Origin: Raillietiella orientalis
Lineage: Eukaryota
DNA length: 64,000 bases
Direction of reading: 5' to 3'
Assembly (NCBI GenBank): GCA_036172245.1
Contig: JAYWIR010000039.1
Coordinates: 1,550,001-1,614,000 of the forward strand
Each line of letters opens with the position of its first letter. The first letter of the stretch is position 1. A model generated the notes under the pieces. That model was not told the origin of the DNA. It saw only the letters and a program-made list of their open reading frames with translations, and searched no databases. Shown one piece after another: positions 1 to 11,388 of the stretch. Both the position numbers and the translations under genes were made by a program.

Positions 1-840
1 AGTTTCTCCTGCAGCTCTGGCTGGCCGAGACATTCGGGCGTGGCACCGGCGGTGGATTAAGCCGGAGGCCCCGATGAAGGCCAGAACAATGGGAGTCGAC
101 CTTCGGGTCCTCCCAGGAATCAAGGAGTGGGGAGTTCCCCCTCCTGTTGCGCAAAGGAGAGCGGACCCCCCACCACCACCACCGGGGGACCCTCCGAGTC
201 GTGGCCTCTTCACAGAGTGCACAAGGAAGCGAGAGCGATTCCCTGCGGGAAGGTGCAGCGCCCCTTCTGAGTTTCGGAAGCGTCCCTTCGGGGTTCTCTT
301 CAAAGGAGTGAACAGAGCGGTTCCCTTGAGGGTTCCCTCAGGAGAAGAAATTCCTACAAGCGGATCCTTTCCGGGTTCCCTTCGGGGAAGTTGAAATGAA
401 GTTGAAATGGAGAGGACAGCCCCTCCCCATTGGTGGAGGGTGTCCTTCCGGAGAGAATGAGGAAGGAGATTCCCTTCGGGGCTCCCCTTCGGAGACAACC
501 AGGGTGGGAGATGCGATCCCCCCCGTCCGGGGAGATCCCTCCCCAAGAGTGAGAGGAACGGACTCCGAGCCCTTCCTGGATTCATAGGGCGGACCCCCAT
601 CCCGGGGTGCCCCCTATCCTGAAGAATTACACGCCTCCCTGCGGGTTGCCGCGGGCGGAGGGGCGTGGAAACAAAATAGTGTGTTTAATGTTTAAAAGAA
701 GAGCCACGTGCGCCGCGAGGCACGCGACCGGCTCTTAGGTACTTAGCGAACCAAAAAAAAGAAAACTCTTAAAAAAAAAAAAAAACTGAAAGAAAGCGAA
801 GAAGAACAGCGAAGTCAGAAGAAAAAGAAGAACCCAAAAG
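1..840 (+). mobile_element. SINE-like structured repeat, copy 1 body (cut by window edge, interrupted by a LINE at ~843)
   Basis: Colinear with ~44365-45185: shares GGGAGTCGACCTTCGGGTCCTCCC, CCTTCTGA.TTTCGGAAG, GAGCCACGTGCG..CCGCGAGGCA.GCGACCGGCTC, GGTACTTAGCGAACC and the A-rich linker ending AGAAGAACCCAAAAGG. Confidence 0.8.
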
Positions 841-842
841 GG

Positions 843-1847
843 ATGTTGCTTAACAACTCGAAAGGTCTGATGACTGCGCTGCTAGGCCAAGTAGGGGAGT
901 GGATGACCATCGACCCGACCTGGAGGAGGAAACAACTGCTGGTACGAAAGTACAAGATCAAGATCGTGCCAAGAAGCAGGGAACTCTGGCAACAGGAGTC
1001 CATCCTCGTGATCCCTTGGATGCTTCCGGTCCCGGACGATACCCGAGGATGGATCTACCGGCGGCACAGAGTTACCTTGCAACGAATCCAGGAATGGAGA
1101 AAAGGAGGCCACCTACATCATGCTCGTATACTTCGGTATATCGAGAAGATGCTAGGTAGGTTCACCCACCGGACCCGCGAAGTGTGGATAAACCACGATG
1201 ACTTTGCGTGGTCCAGGGTGACCAAAACAAACCTCCGAAGAATGATAAAGGATCAAGATGAAGACACCAGTGCCCTCCAGGAAGCGGCCAATCGCTACGG
1301 AAGCAACAGGATCAACCTGTTGGCGATCGGCACGACCCTATGGAGGAGTGACCTTCCGCCGGACAGCCAGGACAACCTCCTGATGTTTTATCACGGAGGA
1401 ATACTGAGCGGGTCCAGACTAAAGTACTTCACAAGAAGGAGAGGAGACGAAGACTGCCCAGCATGTGGAGACACGGATACCAGACTTCACATCCTGACGT
1501 GTCCCACATTGCTCCACGACTGGCTGATCCTTAAACGGATCATTGGACGCACCACCAGTTTCACGATGGAGATCCTAGCCGGGATGTTTCAGGGAGATGG
1601 TAATGTTCCCTGTTACAATCCCATGGTGAGGACGACCATTGTCCTCTTCATCACTGCCATTCTGGTGCGGTGGTGGAAGATGAGGAAAGCCAGGAGAGCC
1701 GCACCTCCGATGGAGATCCTGCAAGGACTCCTGAAGAAGGAAATCGGCATAAGAAATTGTGGAAGACGAGCAGCCTGGACGTACAGACTCATCCTTAAGA
1801 GGATTGAAGACGACGCTTGGGACCAAACATCCGCATACCCACCCTAA
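843..1847 (+). CDS. LINE ORF2 C-terminal fragment with RT-associated zinc finger (probably not translated on its own)
   Basis: C-x2-C-x8-H-x3-C motif followed by the helical ...ILVRWWKMRKARR... region typical of L1/Tx1 ORF2 ends; no endonuclease or RT catalytic motifs remain. Confidence 0.6.
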   Translation: MLLNNSKGLMTALLGQVGEWMTIDPTWRRKQLLVRKYKIKIVPRSRELWQQESILVIPWMLPVPDDTRGWIYRRHRVTLQRIQEWRKGGHLHHARILRYIEKMLGRFTHRTREVWINHDDFAWSRVTKTNLRRMIKDQDEDTSALQEAANRYGSNRINLLAIGTTLWRSDLPPDSQDNLLMFYHGGILSGSRLKYFTRRRGDEDCPACGDTDTRLHILTCPTLLHDWLILKRIIGRTTSFTMEILAGMFQGDGNVPCYNPMVRTTIVLFITAILVRWWKMRKARRAAPPMEILQGLLKKEIGIRNCGRRAAWTYRLILKRIEDDAWDQTSAYPP

Positions 1848-1994
1848 GTGCAGAACTTCAGTGAATCCCAAGGACTTCCAGTGAATACAGAACAAGTAGT
1901 GTATTGTATGAATGTGACTGTAGTGTGAATGATATTGAAAAAAAATGAAAATAAATTTACCCCACCCCTTGTGGGACTTGGGAAAAAAAAAAAA
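843..1994 (+). mobile_element. 5'-truncated L1/Tx1-type LINE (ORF2 C-terminus, 3' UTR, poly-A)
   Basis: Uninterrupted 334-codon frame with CPACGDTDTRLHILTC (zf-RVT-type CCHC), AATAAA at 1950, CCCAC-CCCTT-GTGGG hairpin, A12 tail at 1983-1994, near-duplicated flanks at 821-844 and 1995-2015. Confidence 0.8.
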
Positions 1995-2065
1995 GAAAGA
2001 GAAGAACCCAAGGATTTCCATCGTCCTAGGCCAATAGTAACGATCTCCTCGTGGGAGTCGCTACG
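1995..2065 (+). mobile_element. 3' tail of SINE-like copy 1
   Basis: GAAGAACCCAAGGATTTCCATCGTCCTAGGCCAATAGTAACGATCTCCTCGTGGGAGTCGCTACG is nearly identical to 15729-15789; its start matches 45232-45247. Confidence 0.8.
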
Positions 2066-2425
2066 CAGCGCGGATCGGAGCCAACGAGGGAAGGAACGAT
2101 GGCGACGCCATCCTGTTCGCAGTTCGCTTTCTGCAGATGGCATCCAGATGACCCCACCTGGACAATACACGGAACGACCTAGCCCACATCCTGAGAAGGA
2201 TGCAGCGGACTGTGATCCCTTCCCGGCCCTCCAAAGTGTTTTTATTTATTTATTTTTACTTATGTTTCTTTTTGATTTTTCACCATCCCCCCCGCTGCTG
2301 AGGTGAGCCCAGCCGGCCTGCGCACCACTGACCCGGCAGGCCAGTTGTAGGATTTGCCGTAATAGGGCCACGACAGTTGTATGTTGTATTGATCTTTAAT
2401 AAACGCTCCGGCGCACCCGGGTAAC
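2066..2425 (+). mobile_element. 3' end of a degenerate LINE (family B)
   Basis: AGATGACCCCACCTGG motif, T-rich UTR and AATAAACGCTCCG end are homologous to 6060-6470, 31700-32105 and 13410-13800 (-). Confidence 0.7.
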
Positions 2426-2429
2426 AATC

Positions 2430-4090
2430 GAACAGAGGTGGTCATCGAGGGATGCGCGGTCGATGGAGTCACGGACTCCAGGTTCCTCTGCCAACGGGAT
2501 CTTAGTGTGCATTGCTGCGCGTATCCCACTAGTTATCGAGAGCAGACTCGGGAGACAGGTTTCGTCTGAGAACAGGTGGACATCGAAGTCCGTTGCTCCG
2601 AGACGCTCCATCTACCCAGTGCGTCGATCACAGCCAGTCTCACTCCAGGTCCTCCAGAAAGTTTATGCTTATTCGGTAGGATTGGGAGTTCCAGGGCATG
2701 TGGACGTTTGTGATGACAAGAGTCAGACCGCTGGGGTGAAAGCTGGCCTGCCTGACCGACTTCGTAGAAGCGAATGCGGTGCACCATTCGCCCCACCTGC
2801 AACTCGAGGAGGGATGAGACCTTGCAAGCGTGTGTGTGCGCGCAGAGCCACCACTTCGCCCCGACGGTTCCTCTCGAGAATGATTTGGCCTCGTGAGCCA
2901 CCTCTGTGTGGAGGGAGAACTGCGCACCTCCTGAAGAAACGCGAGATCAAAACTTCTCGGCCATCGCGCGCCACTCAGCGTCGTTCCCACAGGGGCTGTC
3001 GGTGTTCCACGTAGCCGTGCGGGTCGCGCGAGAAGAAACAAATCCCCCTCCCCCTTTCGCCCCGGGGAAGGTGACACCGGTTCTCCCGCCTTTCTGCGCG
3101 GCGGGGGGAGGCCACCCTGCCGCGTGCAGAGCTGGCGCGACTGTGGGGCTTGAGGCTGCATCGTGGCCATTCATCGTTGCAACGGGAGAGCCTCTGCCTA
3201 CTCGTCCTTGGAAGAGTCAGGAAGGTGGGCTGTGCACGCTTCCTCTAGGACCGCGTCGGAGGAACTTGCCTTTCCCGACGTTTCATCACTGCGGACCACT
3301 TCCCTCCTGAGAGTTCTGGAACGCGATCGCTGGCTGGACTGCGTGGTTTTGTTCGCAGCCGTCGCACTCCCCTTTCCGGCGTTGGAGATCCTTGTTTCCG
3401 GTTTCCGAGCCCGAGATGATTCTTGGGGCAGGAGCTGACACTTCTTGTGGGAAATGCCGTCTCCTAAGGAGGTGCGCACAGACAGGGCAGTCTCCAAACG
3501 GCTCCCTATATATCGCCTGCGCCCCTTCATCCTTGGTGGTCACGTCGATCCCTCGTTCCAGCGAGAGCGGTTTCACTCCCTCTACGGTGTTTTTTGGAGC
3601 ACTTCCGTCTTTCTGTTTGCCATGCGACCGCCTATTCCGCCCAAAGCGGATGCGTCCCCTATGTCCGGTCCCAGGGACGCGCCGCTTCCAGCCGCTGCTT
3701 TTTCCGGCAGGTGGGGCAAATTAGTCCCTGTTCTTTTTTATGAGGAGGGGGGGGCGGTTTCTGCGTACCCTTTTCAATTGCGTCATCTTGGCACATGACT
3801 TGCACGCATCCAAGCTGATCGCAGCGGGTACACCTGGCTTTCGGAGGCACACCATTTTCAGGTTTTCCGTGGCTTTATGGAACCTGCAAAATTTGCGCTT
3901 GCCCGCCTACCACATACCGAGGATTTCATCATCGATGTGCAGCTGGGAAGCACCGATCTATTCGACACGCCGCAGCGGCCAGCCCACTGAACGTTTTCAA
4001 GGCACATGCAGCATGGAGCTGTTTCGCGCCACGTCGCATGAACAGTGCCGAACATAGTTAGTTCGGTCACCACCGCGTTCTTAGGCACAT
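2430..4090 (-). mobile_element. Degenerate LINE 5' portion: ORF1 (RRM-like plus zinc knuckle) and APE endonuclease
   Basis: Minus-strand motifs in the expected order: VVTELTMFGTV (ORF1), CTRCDQLGCVQVMC knuckle ~3791-3832, then RTATWNTDS ~2995-3022, FDLAFLQEVR ~2922-2951 and VITNVHMP ~2695-2718; frameshifts and stops present. Confidence 0.75.
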
Positions 4091-4174
4091 CAACAGTGAT
4101 GTCTCCCTCAGGTGCATCATCAATTTGTCCTTAGTATTAGAAAACACGAAACGCATTCCTTCCACTTTACGCAT

Positions 4175-4807
4175 ACTGGCGAGTTCAGTAGGCGGTGTAC
4201 CAACGGACCGACTCTACTACATTCGTGCGGCGTAGCTCCATTTCCTCGACCCCACCGAGCATTATCACAGCTTGGAGGTCTCCAGGGCGCACTCCAAGTC
4301 ACTGAAGTTCCTTAACAAACTCTATATATACGGATGTGGTTATTCAACCTACATTGAGCTAAGGTTGAGTTATACATTTGAGCCATGTAGACCCTGGTCT
4401 CCAAGTCGATCTACTCATCTGTGTGGGTGGAGGAGGTCACCACCTCCCAGGAGGCTCCCGATGCGGCTTTCGTCCCAGGAGCACCGTCGCCATCAACAGT
4501 GGCCTGCTCCAGGGAACTGGTCTGCTTCATTGTCAGGTGTTTGACTCTGACAATAAAGCAGTTTGCTCATCAGATTTCTTAGTAGGGATGTGGAGTCTTC
4601 CGTTGATCGTCCAAGACACACTAGAGTGAACAACCTCCACAAATGAGAAGTCACTGCACTGCCTCAGAGAAAAATCCAAGTTCAAGGGAGCGCTGCACTG
4701 TTCCGTCGTGACCAGGTGAAAACATGGGCTGCGAAAGCGACCCTAGAAGCCTAGACGGCCTCCATGGAGACGGAAAGTAGTAAGGTCAATGTGGCAGCCC
4801 AGCTACA
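4175..4807 (-). mobile_element. Degenerate LINE RT fragment
   Basis: LTLLLSVSMEAV*ASRVAFAAHV resembles LSPLLF...ME...AYADDV; 4175-4378 is a close reverse complement of 5190-5362. Confidence 0.5.
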
Positions 4808-5155
4808 GCCCGCGTCGGAGGCTATGTGGTTAAGGCTTCCGCGCGTGGCACCATGCGTGGTTCGAATACTTCGGCAGAAACTGACGCCACTGCGTCTTCG
4901 AGTTCCGAGTTTCTCCTGAAACGGCGCTGGTTGGCCGAGACATTCGGGCGTGGCACCGGCGGTGGATAAAGCTGGAGGCCCCCGATGAATGCCGGAACAA
5001 TGGGAGTTGACCTTCGGGTCCTCCCAGGAATAAATGAGTGGGGAGTTCCCCCTCCTGTCGTGCAACGGAGAGCGGACCCATCTCTCTTGCGGGGGTTCCT
5101 CCGAGTCGTCGCCTCTTCACAGAGTGCACAAGGAAGCAAGCGAGAGCGTTTCCCT
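4808..5155 (+). mobile_element. SINE-like element 5' fragment with tRNA-like head
   Basis: Starts GCCCGCGTCGGAGGC exactly like 43885; GTGGTTAAGGC at 4826-4836 and GGTTCGAAT at 4859-4867; UUCG hairpin at 5002-5025. Confidence 0.8.
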
Positions 5156-5189
5156 ACAGACCTGCAGTCAGCGGCTACATTGCTTAAGT

Positions 5190-6470
5190 GTATAACCCAA
5201 CCTTAGGCACAATGTAGCTCGAATAACCACATCCGTATATATAGAGTTAAGGAACTTTAATGACTTGGAGTGCGCCCTGGAGACCTCCAATCGGTGGGGT
5301 CAAGGAAATGGAGCTACGCTGCACGAATGTAGTAGAGTCGGTCCACCGCCTACTGAACTCGTCAGCACCTTACTTGGGATGGTCAACTGGGCCTCCTCAC
5401 GCTGGAGCGGATCAGCTCCAATTTTGACGATTGGCCCTTGCGGCGCCTTCATGCGCGCCAGCACGCACTCTCGCCAAGCGAGGAACCGGCTGCGACGGAC
5501 TGTCTTCGGTCTTCGTGTGGCTAACGAACGAATTTTGAGGCATTGTATGGCCTTCAAGTATGACAAATAGTTGCCTTAGTGGAAGAAGACAACTGGATCT
5601 CCTGCCTCGCCGCGAACTGCAGTGCCTGGCTTCAGGGGTCAGGAGTTTCCTCATGGGATAAGATCAACGGCTCGAGACAGGCGGAATACGCCTGCCTGTG
5701 ACTAGGCAGGAACGCTCGACGGTCGTTGAAGATTGTGTGCAACCCGCGCAAGATGCTGTGGGCTTCGTTCACCCCACTTGCCCCACTGCTGCCCTCCCTC
5801 AGGGAAGTGAAAGACAGCGTCATCTCAGCAAGGTGAATGTGTCCAGGTGCGCTACAGCAACAAAGGAACTTCTGGGTGGTGCGTGAACTCGGGAGATCAC
5901 GGGCGCTGCAACCCCGAGCGTCCCACTCAAAGGACGTCTAAGCTGCGACGAACTGCTCACAATCCCTCTGGAAGACGTGAAGTGACCCCAGCATGCCGGA
6001 ACAGTGGCATCTTTTGACGCCTTTTCGTGCGTGTCACACTGCCGCCAGCCGCGTCGCTGGCAATTCTCTACTGTCTTCGAGGGATAGTGGCGGCCTGGAA
6101 CGAGGGAGACGAGGCCCGAATGGAAGGGACATCATCTACTGGACGAGAATCCTTTTGAGGACCGCCATGAGATGGCCCCACCTGGGCAACATCCGGAGCG
6201 GACTTGCCAGCATCACTGACAGGATGCAGAGGGCGCCTCACAGCAAGCAGTGATCTCTTCCTCGTCCAGGGGGACGAGGAAGAGATCATTTGCCTGGAAT
6301 TTGTTTGCTTTTTTCTTTCTTTCTGTTTTTGGCTTTCCCTTCCCCTTCGCCGCCTAAGTGGGCCTCGCCAGCCTGTGTACTGGTAATGAGCAAGTTCAGT
6401 ACACGTGGTGGAACCGTGTTCTACCACAAAAATGTATTTTTGTTATTTCTAATAAATGCCCTGGCAAAAC
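5190..6470 (+). mobile_element. Degenerate LINE 3' part (family B)
   Basis: C-terminal ...RRGPNGRDIIYWTRILLRTAMRWPHLG aligns with RRGQNGRDAIHRTRIFLETASRWPHLG at 31735-31812; T-rich UTR; AATAAATGCCC at 6451. Confidence 0.7.
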
Positions 6471-8939
6471 TGAAAACCTCCTCTTCGCATCATCCTAATT
6501 TAGGACTGCAGAGGTTCGGTGAGAAGATCAGCTAGCATTTTGCGGCAGCAACGCACGGTTGCGTAAGGGGCTCTCTCCAAGATGGGAAAAAAACCGGTAG
6601 CCTGGAGGTCGCCCTCTGCTTGCTTCCTCACGTGCCAAAAAACCGTGATCAGGCGTTGCATAGCAGGATTGGTGTTTTCCTTGCAAGAACGCGCGGTCGC
6701 ACCTTTCTTGCGACCCCTTCCAAGGAAGCACTACGCTGTAGTGGAGGTGATGGAAGCCGAAGACTACCAAGTGCAAGCGATGCTCCGTGCGCGCGCGCAC
6801 CTTCGGTAAGGGAAGCGCGAAAGCGAATGGACCAACAAGAGAAAGTTTGAAGCAGACCTCTGCTTCCAGCTTCCTCGTTCCTCCCCAAAAAAAGGGCGGT
6901 GAGGACAGCAGGGACTTTCGGGCGAACAAAAAGAATGAAGAAAACCTCTCGTGCGCAGGGTTCGGTTCTGCTGAATTCGCAAGTGCTGATGCACGCTGCA
7001 ACTCCACGTGGGAGTGCCTCGCACGCGGTCTCCGATTCGACCCACTTTGTTGGCCGCTCCTTCCTCCTCTGCCTTTTGCAACCAAGACAACAAGTTCCAC
7101 GAAATTCAACGACAGCAGTTTCAACTTGCCATTCGGGTCCAGCACACACCAGTACTGCAGCGGAACTCTGACCCGCTTTCCCAGTAGCATTCATGCTGGC
7201 GCCGATCAGGGTTCCACCCAACCTCTCAGGCCAGAGACTACTTTTCCCACCAGCCACCCCAACCCAGTAGGGTGGCTCCGCCTCGCGCCTTTAGAAACAC
7301 CTCTGCCCTTCACAGGAATGCCGACCGAGATGCGAAAAGAGAATTCCAGATATTCGGTTGCCACGGATGCTTCATTACTTTCCCGCTGGTTTCGTTTTGC
7401 TTGTTGCACTGTTCGATTATTTCCGTGAACTTCGTCAAAAACTGATCCTTCGCGGCAATTGCGGTGCTCAGCTTCGGAGCTAAAATGACCATAGGCGATC
7501 GTTTGATATTTATCGCGGCTGGTTCCAGAGTCCTGGTTGCTCGCCTGTGCAGGAATCTTTGCGTGACTGTCTATTTCAGCAAGACCGCGCCACCGCGATA
7601 TCTGGCATCCGCTAGCAGGTTTTTCCACACCAGCGTTTACTTGTACTTAGTGAATGATAATAACTTCCGCGTTTCCGGGTCACGGGGCCACAAAATAGCT
7701 ACCTGTATACTGCGTTCCGTAAAGTTTCATTTGCGAGAGCATTGCGTGCAGAGGCTGAATATGGATCTGGGACTTTGCAAAACGCTTTGCATAGCCCCAG
7801 AATACATCCAAGAGACTTTACCTCTGATGGGTGGGGCCCGGACGACGCACTTGGTGACTCAATTTTCTCCGATCCGAGGAGTCCATCGTTGCCACTTCCA
7901 CTGCACGCAAATGCTTTCTCACAGTGCTCCGAAAATCGACTGGATCGCCACTCGACAGCATGGCGTCGCCCTGCTTAGATGAAGAGGAAGCTGCCGACCA
8001 GGAGAGCTGCAGCCCTGGCAGCACTCTGCGGATCCTTCTGCCGCCGATGCAGCAGCATCTGTTGCCTCGCCTAATTCGGATGGAGGAACATTTTGCTCGA
8101 GCTCCGTGGGTGGCTCGTCTTGAAGATTTCACTCACAAAAATCTACTCCAACATAAATAATCATCACCTTGACTACCAAATTCAGCAAAAGTACAAGGAA
8201 CATTTCAAAACAAATGGGATAAAATGAAACAGAATCCTGAAAACATTTGCAAGCAAGATACACTGTACGGAAAAGGTGACTAATGATATACAATGGCAAA
8301 TGAAAACAGCATCGTCACAAAGAATAGTAGACTTTCACAAGGCTCGAAGCAGTGCATAATCAATAACAGCATCGACTTGGAAAAACGAGAGAGAATATGG
8401 ACAATAGCCAGAGTAATTGCAAATTACTGAGGCTTTAGTTTGGGCTCCACAAGATTTACAAATAATCAGTGTAATTGGTATGGTGTTTTCAGTTTCATTC
8501 AACACGAGAAAACTTTTATTTTCACATATGTGCAGGTCTTACTTCTCTATTTAATTAAATGACATTATATTAGAATGTCTACCATCGCAATTTTCATTCG
8601 TTCATCTTACATAAACCTCATCACCTTCTAATTGACTCAATTTTCAATTGCGAAAACATTCCCATCGTTTCATAAAACCAGCTTGGCACCTCCTGACGCA
8701 TTGGAAACAGCAATGGGTCGCGAAATTCGTAACTTTACCTAATACCGTGAATTAATTTAGTTCCTTTTTGCTCCTTAAAACTTCCTGTTCCGATTTTCTA
8801 TCCATTTTTTCTGATGGGTGTCAAAAGTTCTTCTCCTGTACACTCATAATTTTTCTAGAGCTCACTGTAACTTACAGTTTTTCCGTTTTTCACTAAATAT
8901 TTAATCTACACTTCTGCTTAACCCTATTTACTTTTTGGT

Positions 8940-9043
8940 CGACTATTGCAGGCACGATCAAACGTAAAGTCTGGTTGATGTGTTGGTGCTTTTTGTGCCA
9001 GTAGCAGCCCAATGCAATACAAAACAAAGTAACACTCACATGG
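8940..9043. repeat. Diverged ~100-bp dispersed repeat, copy A
   Basis: ATCAAACGTAAAGTCT...TTGGTGCTTTTTGTGCCA...CAGCCCAATG...AAGTAACACTCACATG matches 11389-11491 in the same orientation. Confidence 0.7.
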
Positions 9044-10141
9044 CCTTGCGAACTGTAGGTCACCTTTGGTTTCAAATCGTAAAAGTAATTATTCATCAGT
9101 AGTATGACAGTAGTAAATCAGTCGTTGATTACAGAATTTATAACCAACTCATCAATGATTTAGGTATAAGCACGGTTATGGCTAAATTGAAATCCAATTG
9201 TAAAAAAACTTATTTATTTATATAATCACAAACATATGTGTTTATAAAGGTAACCATGTAGCTGTTCATCTACAACAGTGAAAGCTTACATCACTTTAAT
9301 TAATGCTAATGATTTAACACCTGGCAAATTTTTTCCCCACGTATATTCACAAAAGTTATGGAAATAAGATATGCAGTTCAGCTGATTAAAAGTTGAATCT
9401 TAATAAACACTATACATCTGTATTCTACTCTTGGACATTGGTTGTGTTTAGAAATTGAGATTCATATAAGTTTAAATTGATACCAATGCCTAAGTAATAA
9501 TAATGTGTATTCAAGTGCTGATAATTTTCAAGAGTATTGAAAGCTTCAATCACAACACTCTTGAAGGTAATGAGGAAGAATTACTACAAATTTTGAAACA
9601 GGCAATGATTATCATGAGTCAATGGGAATAGGCTTCAGTTGCAAAAAAAACAAAACGCCAAAGAAATTTTCATTTTTTCTTCATAAGTTTTGTCAGTATT
9701 ACATACATGAAATTTGATTTTCTTAATGCATTTTACTTATAATTATCTTTCATTATGTAATACTCTCTGCAACTGCAACAAGTAAATACCTTTTATGACA
9801 AAAGATTAACAATAAGATTCCATATCTGAGATCAATTCTTGTTCTTTTGAAACGTAAGTTCTGTTTCTATTCAAAAATTCCCTATGTAAGCTTATGCTAT
9901 CTCTGGAATATATGAAAACAATTTACGAATATGAAACTCCTTACATCTTCGGGTTTTGTAACACCGAGTGACACATCAAATCGGTTGACATTGGCAACCC
10001 ACGTTATCTCTGAAACTCTTTAGGATTAACAATAAAATACAACTTTGAAACTCTGTACGTATTAACATAAAGTTCATAACAATAAAACATCGTAAATACT
10101 GAACACTTCATATAAAGTCACACTTATAAATGATAACACCT

Positions 10142-10567
10142 TTAACGTGCCATTAAAATGTACCCTTCTTCAACTTCCAGTTTCCATAATTTTTCTAAAA
10201 GATCTTTTTGGCAAGTCCCATCAGTTACTTTTATGGCTTTAATAACCAACTGACCGGAAATGGTATACAGAAACCCGATAATCATACAATAGCATCCCTC
10301 TTTCAGCCATGAAAGATCACCAGGAACATCAGTGACACTCGAAACCTTAATAACATCAGTCCCATCATTTAAATATAATTCAGATTTGTTAATGTTCATT
10401 TTTGTTACGTTTCCTTGTATCCATATTTTTTCTACCTCAACGCTCTTGCCATTAACGTCGTAATTCCAAATTTGTCTATTTTTGACAACGTGGCCAACTC
10501 TACAATATTTTAAATCACATATTCTGAACTTATATGCTGGCACATCCAAGCGAGGCTTATAATTCAT
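10142..10567 (-). CDS. RMI2: RecQ-mediated genome instability protein 2 (single OB fold)
   Basis: ~141 aa with KIWIQGNV, LNDGT, GCYCMIIG, IKAIKVTD and LEKLWKLEVEE matching RMI2 motifs VWMQGRV, LRDPSG, GKYVMVMG, LQAVKMTD and ESMWELEVED; ATG at 10567 (alternative 10573), TAA at 10142-10144. Confidence 0.85.
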   Translation of the reverse strand: MNYKPRLDVPAYKFRICDLKYCRVGHVVKNRQIWNYDVNGKSVEVEKIWIQGNVTKMNINKSELYLNDGTDVIKVSSVTDVPGDLSWLKEGCYCMIIGFLYTISGQLVIKAIKVTDGTCQKDLLEKLWKLEVEEGYILMAR

Positions 10568-11388
10568 CTGCATTTTCAACTTGCACAATTACCCGGGCGT
10601 TCAGAAAACACAAAAGTATTGTGATCAACACTGGTAATCGCAGTTTTGATTTCCACGCAAGATGCAGAAGAAAGAAAACAATTGACTTAATCATTTACAT
10701 GATCACAGGCTTGGACAACAACAGCACGTTCTCTCCCACATGGAAGTAATGAGAAAGAAAAAAAAAGAACCCTTGTATTTACAATTCAGTGAAAGGGCGG
10801 TAACTGCTGCTGCTTAAGGTTTCCGTCACAGCAGTTCATTGCACTTTGACACCCCACCACGGCAACCACAGCTTCTCTGCGAAGAACATTTTACCAACAT
10901 GCCCTCGTGAAAAGAAAATTATTTTCATTTCTATTTCAAAAAATGTCGTAAGTAATATCACGAGGAATTACATTATGAGGAGGACGAATTGTAAAAGCAT
11001 CTATTTCTTTTCAGTTCCTTTTCATTTCATAAGGTTACTCACTAGGGAGTTTGGATGCGCGGATCATAAGGTAAAAAATAAAATTGGTAAGCCGAATCCC
11101 ATAAACATTACTTTTTGGAAAAGTCATCAAAACAGGAGAAATGGATAAACTCTTAAGTTAATTTATGCTCCCGATGTTTCATTCTACAGAATTTATATGA
11201 TTCTTTCTGCGTGGTTAAATATCACTGCAAAATTAGAAAAAAGTAGACTTTTTTGTTTTTTTTTTTAATTAAATTTTCCTTAGGGATCTCTAGCTTACGG
11301 AACTGAATCTACAAACCAACTCTTTGCTAGTATGTGAAGAAAATTTTTTTTGTCCCTAATGTCATGAATTAAATGCAAGATATCTGAC

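Noticed and set aside
2430..4807. One continuous minus-strand LINE
   Set aside because: Domain order would be RT, ORF1, EN, so these are separate or rearranged fragments
5340..5470. DIRS/Ngaro RT-RNase H motif (LVSTLLGMVNWA)
   Set aside because: No tyrosine recombinase or RNase H motifs follow; downstream sequence matches LINE family B
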